Source of the DNA: Ministeria vibrans ATCC 50519
Lineage: Eukaryota; Protista; Filasterea
Assembly: GCA_943704425.1 (NCBI GenBank)
Contig: CALSCP010001344.1
Location: 1 to 35,529, forward strand
Reading direction: 5' to 3'
Length of the DNA stretch: 35,529 bases
The notes under the pieces were generated by a model that had not been told where the DNA came from, searched no databases, and was given only the letters and a program-made list of their open reading frames with translations. The position numbers and the translations under genes were made by a program. This document shows, in pieces, positions 11,145-19,401 of this stretch (positions are counted from its first letter, which is position 1; each line of letters begins with the position of its first letter).

Positions 11145-14100
11145 CTAACAATCTGAAGAAGAGGCGACTCCGTTGCTTCGTCGGTACAGAAAAATGTCTC
11201 CGTCATTGACCATTCCCGCCGTCCAGTCCCTCCAAATACGCCCCACCAGCGCAGCCTGCAGTGCGTTGGTCGGGTCCAGCATTCGCAGTCGCCGTCGCAG
11301 CTCAACCGCACTCACATACGCCTCATCCTCGTCAAACACCTTTCCTTTGCCCAGTGCGAGAATGAGTAGCTCAGTCAGGCGCGTCACACCCCCACTCGTA
11401 AAGCTGCTGGCGTCGCGCAGTGCGCTCGTAATGGCCTGGCGTGCGTACCCTCGAACGGGCCCAGTGCGCTCGGCCATGGTCAGGTCCTCCTCTGGCACAA
11501 TCAATGCTCCGCTGTTGCAAAAGTCGCAGAACACCAACACGTTGCCACCCAGCCAGCCCACGTCGTCGCGGAGAATCGCGGAAAGGCTCAACAAACTTAG
11601 GCGTGTCAGTGAACCACCAACAGTCTCACGAGCGTCACTCAACAGCAGACCACCCCCACTGTCCTCGGCACCATGCCCAATCAGATGCACAATCAACAGC
11701 GAGTCCTGTCCCGCACCCACTCCCGCCTTCGTCGCCAACCGTGTCGTCGCATCCACAACCAGACTCCTCCTCACTGCGTCACCCTTCTTCCAGTCCACCA
11801 CCGTCTCCACATCACATCCTCGATCGCCCCACATCTTCGCCAGCTGACGAACACTCTTCTGCACCTCAGGAAGATCGTCAAAGTCCTTCAGCGCAGCATT
11901 GCCCGACGACGCATACCGACTCACTCCCACGATCAACACTGACGCATGCGAGTAGATCCCCATTGCTACACCAACAAGAACGTATCAAAAACAATCACAA
12001 TCATGTCAAACTACAAATACTAATGAATCGTACCTTCTTGCTTGCACCACCACCTCTTCAGCTTCAAATTGCACATCCGCTTCTGTCCATCAAAGCGTTT
12101 CAGCTCCGCATTCACAACCTCCGCATCGCGATAGTCTTCGGGCCGCTCAGCGACACTCTTCGGCGCAAACAGCGGATGCAATGGATGCGTCTCGCCCACT
12201 GCCAGTGCAAACGGATGCGCAGGCACCACCACAGCACGCCCGCGCCAGCCCCATCGCAGAGACCGCGTCGACTCACACACAGTCTCAACCAGTCGAGTCC
12301 ACGTCCGCTCGCACTTGATCGCCTTCTCTCCCAGCATCTCCAGTCGAATGAACGACTCGTTGCTATTGAGGCGCAGTCGCACAGACTCACACCCGTCCAT
12401 CGTCAGCGCATTCGTGCATCGTTGCGTCGCTTCAATGTGAATGTCAAGTGGACACGCCCGCCATAGGGCCACCACAACCAGATGGAAGGTGGCCAGTGAC
12501 ACTGGAAGCTCCTCCCACTTGCCATTATCCGCATTGTGCGTCATCTGGTACAGGAACAGCACTGCGGGCGCTGGTGGTGCGTTCGCCACAAAGGGCGCAC
12601 TCTCAGGCAGCAGCATCGGGATGAAAAGGTGGTCATGATGCGCATGCACCAGACTGAGGTGCTCCAGACACGCCATGAATGCTGACACGTCCGTCACATC
12701 TGCACCTGCCAGCACAGGGTCGCCGCTGCTCTTTGTCTTGGCCGCCGTCCACACCAGCCACTCCGCCACCTCCCGACAGAATCCCGCCTCGGACCGTGTT
12801 TTTGACTCGTCCAGAGACACAAGCAGGCGCTCGGTGCGCTTCACGTCGACCGAACGACCCGCCTGCGTCACCTTCGTCAGCATTTCCTTGGCACGCGCAC
12901 TCCCCGCTCGTTCCCACCGTGCCATCACCACCGAACACAGCAGTTCCACCGCCGAGATCAGCCGCGGAATGTCAAACACAATTGTGTCCTTCTCGTCCAG
13001 CGACTGCGCCGTCGCATCTTGGCGGCACACCACAATGTCCGCCGCAGACTCAAGGTACGGCACAAGTTCGGCCCGCACCTTTGCCCCGTCCGGCATAAGA
13101 TCAGTCAACATGACGGGTGGCTCAGTGCTCAGCTGGAGCGTGTCAAGGTGTTCGACAGAGGAGAGCAGTGGAATCTCGTTCAGTCGGGCGGCACGACCAA
13201 GCAGGTCCTGTGCACACACATACTCCATCGGCAGCGTGCGTCGTCGCGGTGCGACGTGCAGTGCCTGTGTGAGTGCGCTGAAGCCCACCTTCTTGCTGCT
13301 GCCCACCTGGAAGAACGGCAGAGCAGAGTCGGCAGGCTGCATCAAGTGATCGCCCAACTGCAACCCAACGAGATGAAACACTTGGTCGGAGACGGCCGCC
13401 AGCAGGTCGACGGGAACTGTGTTGTTGGGGAATGTGTCAACGTGAGTGCCCACAATGAGCACACGGAAGTATGAGTCGTCGGTCGAGGGCACTTGGTGCG
13501 CAATAATGTGGGCCCACTTGGACAGGTGCTCGTACTGTCGCTGTGCCTTGACTGGATCGTCCATGACAGACAGGTCAAATACAAGCAGGTAGGCCGACTC
13601 GGAGCCCATGAAGAGCGCAGGAAGCGAGTCAAACATCTCTTCACCTAACAATAACAGCATCAATAGGAGTGGAAGACAGTGTTCTTTGTCGTCTGCGCTA
13701 TACCGGCAAAGTCAAATGTTTCAAGGTCAATGTGGCCCTCGCGCAGTTCAGACTCGAGAAGCGTGTGCACGGCCAACATGGTGACTGAACTGGGCGTGGG
13801 GGCGGCCGGTGGCGGGGTGGATGGGCACGGAGAGGATGGTGATGATGAGGGAGAAGTGGTCGTCGAGATGGAGTGGTGCGTTGGACTGCCTGCTTGAGCG
13901 GCAGGCTGTGATGTCTGCTGTGCAGTCGTGGTGGTGGTGGTTGTCGTAGTGGTTGTCGATGGTGTGGTCTGCTGCTCGTCCTCCTCCGCCTTGCGCCCTC
14001 CAATGAGACTGGCCAGGCGGTGTTCCTCTTGCGGCACTGCCTCAAACACGCCTGTCGCCCCATCCAGCACCATTCGCACTCGCTCCAGTCGAGTGGCCAC

Positions 14101-15916
14101 TGACCGATCTGCCTCCGTTGGCAGTGTCTGTCCGCGCAGTGCACACAGCAGGGCCGTTTTGCCCGCCAGCACTGCCCCCAGACACAACAGTTTGATCGTG
14201 CGTGGTTCTACTGATCCTCGCTCAATGGCCGCCTCAAATGCCCTCTGGTACACGCTGGGAATCAAGAAAAGAACGGCATGTTAAAAACGAGAGAGATGTA
14301 TTCGTCTGTTGTAGCACTCACGTTTTGACAAACTGCGCAATGGACCATCGGTGGACTGTCTTGTCTGCACAGTGGACAATCAGTGTGTTCCCATCCGACG
14401 AGAACTCAATTGTGTCCACTCTAAACAAACACGCAAAAGCGAGTGAGTGAGTAAGTGATGAAAGGAATTGAACACACAAACCTGGAAGGAACTGCAAATT
14501 GTGTGCGAATGGTTCCTTCGAATCGGGTCCACACTTTGATTGTTCTGTCACTTGATCCACTGTAGATGGTGGTTCCGTCTCGAGACACAGCGACTGAGCA
14601 AACATAACTAAAAAGCAGAAACAAGCACATATTAGACAGGTCTTCTCTGCACAATTCAACTCACTCCGTGTGTTCCTTCAATGTCCGTTCGCACTCTCCC
14701 GTCAGCACATTCCACACTTTCACCGTCTTGTCAGATGAGCCACTGATGACATGGCGTCCGTCAAAGGAAAACACTGCTGACCGGACAAGACTGCAAACGA
14801 AGAATATAAGAGACCAAACCACACGGAATAGTGATTGAGTGACTTACGAAGAGTGTCCACTGAGTGTCTTGAGACACTTTCCACTCACAACAGACCATAT
14901 TTTGATTGTTTTGTCCCATGACCCACTGAGCACTGTTTGTCTATCAAATGAGAATGCCACGCACAGCACATCTCTGTAAACCACAAAACAATCAATACAT
15001 CAGAAGAAATTACACTCTTTCTCGATTTGAATTACTTTGAATGTCCCTGGAACGTGATTTCACACTTTCCCGTTTGACTGTCCCACAGTTTCATTGTGTG
15101 GTCGGATGAGCCACTCAGTATTTTCGTTCCGTCCGGTGAAAATCTCACTCCTCGTACAACACTGAAATGCATAAGAATGAACATCAACACAAATCAGAAT
15201 CACTCTTACTCTGTGTGGTCTTTCAGAATGAGCAGACACTCTCCCGATTGACTGTCCCACACTCGAACTGTATCGTCACCACTTCCACTGACCAATTTGA
15301 GTCCATTGGGTGAGAAATCAACAGACCAGACAACACTACACAAATGAATATTAGACACAGTGACACTCAGTGGGATATCACTCTCTCTTTCTCTAACTTT
15401 GTGTGACCAGTGAGAGTGAGAGTGCACTTTCCACTGTGCATTTCCCACACTCTGACTGACCCGTCCTCTGATCCAGTGACCACTCGCAGTCCATCGGGAG
15501 ACACTCTCACACTCGACACAGGACTAAAAGAAACCCAAAGATGGTCAGACACCAATCTCCATTGTGTTCATGGTAATTGAAAATGAAATGTCCAATTTGT
15601 GCACAACACAACGCACAGAAAGAACGGGTATTCTTATTCGTCTCGTTTCAACTTACCGTTCGTGCATGAGTGTTCTGACACACTTTTTGTCTTTCACAGA
15701 CCACACTTTGGCTGTGCTGTCGCGTGATGCACTCACAACCCACTGCTCGTCTGGAGACAGCGTAACTTCATAAATGACACCAGAGTGACCAGTGAGAGTG
15801 ACCACTCCACAGTCAACCTGTTCCCCTCCTTTGCCGTCCACTTCCACCAGCGCAACATGTGATCCTTTGTCAACAGCGACCAGTGAGTCGTCAACAGAGT
15901 GGCGAATAGCGGACAT
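11145..15916 (-). CDS. WD40 - Roc GTPase - COR-like - caspase-family (C14) protease fusion, Roco-type, about 1365 aa
   Basis: Exons 15916-15657, 15523-15398, 15335-15210, 15161-15036, 14973-14848, 14790-14665, 14607-14482, 14420-14322, 14254-13704, 13644-12034 and 11965-11145. All introns are GT-AG and the exons total 4098 nt in one frame. Roc motifs: G1 GAVLAGKT, G3 DFAG|[11 protein letters not shown]4 IVGTHVD. COR-like motif: LFIPMLLP. Protease motifs: HLIGHG and VFCDFCNSG. The start codon is the least certain part. Confidence 0.85.
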
Positions 15917-16023
15917 TCAGTTCTGAAAGAGAAACCCCATTTGTTGAGTGATCATAGAACAGTTGAGCACGACACCCTCCCGGTCCAACCAATACTGCAC
16001 CGCTCTTCCACACCCCCACTCTC

Positions 16024-16475
16024 TCCCACTCTCTACAGCGACAAGAAGAAGAGTGTTCTGTTTTGGCCATATTTTATCCACTGAATGACAAACAAACCAA
16101 AACTAATAATAACAAACACACTCTCACCCATGTCCCACCACCAATACACACACTGTAGCCCAACCATGCCATATGGGCTGTCCCTCACCACAATATCGTC
16201 TTCTAGAATTAATTCCAGTTCGACTCGACCGAAAACTACATTCGGCCTACCGCCCAACACACACACACAATGCGATCCCACGGCGCCCCAGCAGCCCCCG
16301 CACCCCCCACGGCACCCCCCTGCCCCGTGCCGCACACCAATAGCAAGCCGTGTGGCTCTCTGTCGACTCCTTCAAAATTTTAAGGGCTCACCCACACACA
16401 AAACACAGACAAAAACGCACAAGAACACACGTCGACAATGCCAGCCCACCCACAAACACCTACCAGTTGCTAGTG
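16024..16475. repeat. dispersed ~450-bp repeat, copy A (inverted copy at 35090-35529)
   Basis: 16024-16236 is nearly identical to the reverse complement of 35313-35529. The outer half shares blocks such as gtcga.tccttcaaa.ttt and aacacctacc. Confidence 0.9.
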
Positions 16476-16927
16476 TGTAGTAGCTCTTGCGGGCAGTGAC
16501 GATAGCGACAGAGGAAGTTCTGGAGAGTTATTGTCAATTTTCACATTCAGACGAAAAATGGATTATTACTACGAAAAAGAGACCAACGCAACAAACAGAT
16601 CACTGGTTGGTGGATGGTGGGTGCTAAGTCGTGAGTCGGTACTCTTCGTGAGACACAATATAGAAATAAAAGTGTGTGTGAAACTGTGAATTTACTGTGA
16701 GTAAACTACTCTCAGTGATCAGCAAATGATTGGTATCAATGGCAGGTACTGTCTGTCAAGATGCAGCTGGACTGGGCTGGGCAGCTGACATACAAGTAAC
16801 AAATCAGGGCAGTTCAAACACAGTTCAAAAACAAACAAACTGTGAAATTTTTGGCTTTTGATTTGAATAATTGATATTTACCTTTTTTTCTCGTATCAAG
16901 ACCCCCCTTTTGACACCGTAGTGTACA

Positions 16928-19008
16928 ATGGTAAGGCCGTGTTTCTCTGTCAGTCGACTCGTCTGAGGCTCCTTCCTTCGCGAATGTTCAATCTTGATTT
17001 GCACTGTGACCAAACGGACTCTTTGCCCGTCTCTTCCACCCTCCCTGTCTCCCCACACCTTCCGTGCGTGTGTCCAGTGCGCGTGTCAACTGCGCCATGT
17101 TGAGCTGTGGCTGTAGATTTGTCCTTTCAAGTTTGAAACGCTCCAATTCGTGTCCAGGCTGTTAAATGACCGCCTCTGTCACCCATTGCCCTCTCTGTGG
17201 TTATCTTTTGTCGTTCCTGCCGGCGTTTCTCTCCGAATATGCTTGTTTTCCCCTTTTTTTTTTCTCTTTTCACTTTTTTTTTTTTTCATGATCGTTCTCT
17301 CGACCTTTTTCAAACTTGTCGCGTTTGTCTGTGCCACAGGGACAAGGACAGTCTAATCTTCCGCCTGGGGCGAATCCAGGCGGCAATGGCAGTGGTGACG
17401 GCAAGGAGAAGAAGAAGTACGAGCCGCCTGCGCCTCCAACGATCGGCAAGCATCGGCGCAAGAAGCAGGGCCCGCAGTCGACGAACAAATTACCACACAG
17501 TACGCAATTGCCGCCCTCGACTCTCAGCCTTGCTGCGCTGGGCTGGGTTGGGGGTCTTTGGGTGTCGCAACTCTGTCTTTGAATGGCTGTTGAGTCTGTG
17601 TGTGTGTGTGTGTGTGTGGTTTTGTTTTGTGCATCTCTACTCACACTATGTTTCTTTTCTACTTAGTCACACCTCACTCTAAATGCCGGCTGCGAATGCT
17701 CAAGCTGGAGCGAATCAAAGACTACCTGTTGCTCGACGAAGAGTTTGTAAAAAATCAACAGCGACTGAAGCCGGACGATGAGAAGAACCAAGAGGACCGC
17801 ATGAAGGTGGATGAGCTGCGCGGGACGCCGATGGGAGTGGGGACACTGGAGGAGATTATCGATGACAACCACGCGATTGTGTCGAGCAGTCTTGGGCCCG
17901 AGTACTACGTGACGATTCTGTCCATTGTCGACAAGGACCAGCTTGAGCCCAACTGCTCCGTTCTTTTGCATCACAAGGTCATGGCCATTGTTGGTGTGCT
18001 CGCCGACGACGTCAACCCCATGGTCTCCGTCATGAAGCTCGATAAGGCGCCCACCGAGACGTACGCCGACATTGGTGGTCTTGACGAGCAAGTTCGCGAA
18101 ATCAAAGAGGCAGTCGAGGTATATCGCACAACGCCAGAGCGAAACATTATTATTATTGTTAATTTATTCAATTGTATAAATCTTTGCAGCTGCCTTTGAC
18201 GCACCCGGAACTGTACGAGGACATGGGAGTGCGACCACCGAAGGGAGTGATCCTGTACGGCCCGCCTGGCACAGGCAAGACACTGCTGGCCAAGGCAGTC
18301 GCAAACCAGACGAGCGCCACCTTTCTGCGTGTGGTGGGCAGTGAACTCATTCAAAAGCATCTTGGCGACGGACCCAAGCTCGTCCGCGAGATGTTTCGTG
18401 TTGCCGAAGACCATGCGCCTTCTATCATCTTTATTGACGAAATCGACGCGGTCGGCACCAAGCGGTACGACAGCAACAGTGGCGGTGAGCGTGAAATCCA
18501 GCGCACCATGCTTGAGCTGCTCAACCAGCTTGATGGCTTCGACGCGCGTGGCGATGTCAAAGTCATCATGGCTACTAACCGCATTGAGAGCCTTGATCCC
18601 GCCCTTATCCGTCCCGGGCGTATTGACCGAAAGATTGAGTTTCCTCTTCCCGATGAAAAGGTACACATATATACTTGTTGTGTTTGTTATAACTGAGCGT
18701 GTTTTTAGACAAAAAGGAAAATCTTCGAGTTGCACGTGTCCAAGATGACCCTGACGGACGATGTCAAACCGGACGAGTTTATTACGGCCAAGGACAATCT
18801 CAGTGGCGCCGACATCAAAGTAATCAGTTTGGCTGTGGGTGTGTGTGTGACTTACGCCGTTGTGGTTGTGTAGGCGATTTGCACTGAAGCGGGTCTGCTT
18901 GCGCTGCGTGAGCGTCGTCTACGTGTCACCCTGGATGACTTCAACAAGGCCAAGGAGTCGGTGCTGCTTAAGAACTCGGGTGGTCATCCCGAGGGTCTCT
19001 ACATGTGA
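16928..19008 (+). CDS. PSMC1: 26S proteasome AAA-ATPase Rpt2 (subunit 4), 443 aa
   Basis: Exons 16928-16930 (ATG only), 17340-17499, 17667-18118, 18190-18660, 18709-18819 and 18874-19008. Motifs [37 protein letters not shown] and the C-terminal HbYX tail EGLYM*. Confidence 0.96.
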
Positions 19009-19401
19009 TTTTTTTTTCTATTACTTTTCTGAGTACACACCCCTCCTCCTCCCCACACCTACACGGTCACTCGCACACACCTTTGTGTTGCTCAAACACC
19101 GAAGACTTTGTGTTTGAGAAATCTTTTCGACATGATATGTGCGGCACAAACATGAATTCTGTAGGGATTCTGTTGTCAATCAAATGTGTGGTGTGTATTT
19201 TTACTTACGCGGTGTACATTGAATCATGTCATATGAGTGAACTCCGTGCGTAGCCGTGTGTGACGAATCTGTCACTGTGGTCTGTGAGGGGAGAAAGAGA
19301 GAATGAGAATAACTTCGATCAAATAAAATTATTGTTATTATTATTTTGACACTCGTAAAGGCCGCTGGGCACAAGCAGGAACCCGTGGGTCTGTATCGAG
19401 G

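Noticed and set aside
11145-11963. Stand-alone metacaspase gene starting at ATG 11963
   Set aside because: The ATG follows a TAG acceptor by 2 nt and splices in frame to the COR exon. Only about 56 bp separate the ORFs, leaving little room for a promoter.
15890-16335. Additional upstream coding exons for the Roco gene
   Set aside because: The acceptor near 15923 is followed by an in-frame TGA just before ATG 15916, and no frame tried joined convincingly, so the region is treated as UTR or repeat.
16440-16480. Helitron-like CTAG terminus for the dispersed repeat
   Set aside because: Copy B has GTAG at the equivalent site and no clear subterminal hairpin was found.
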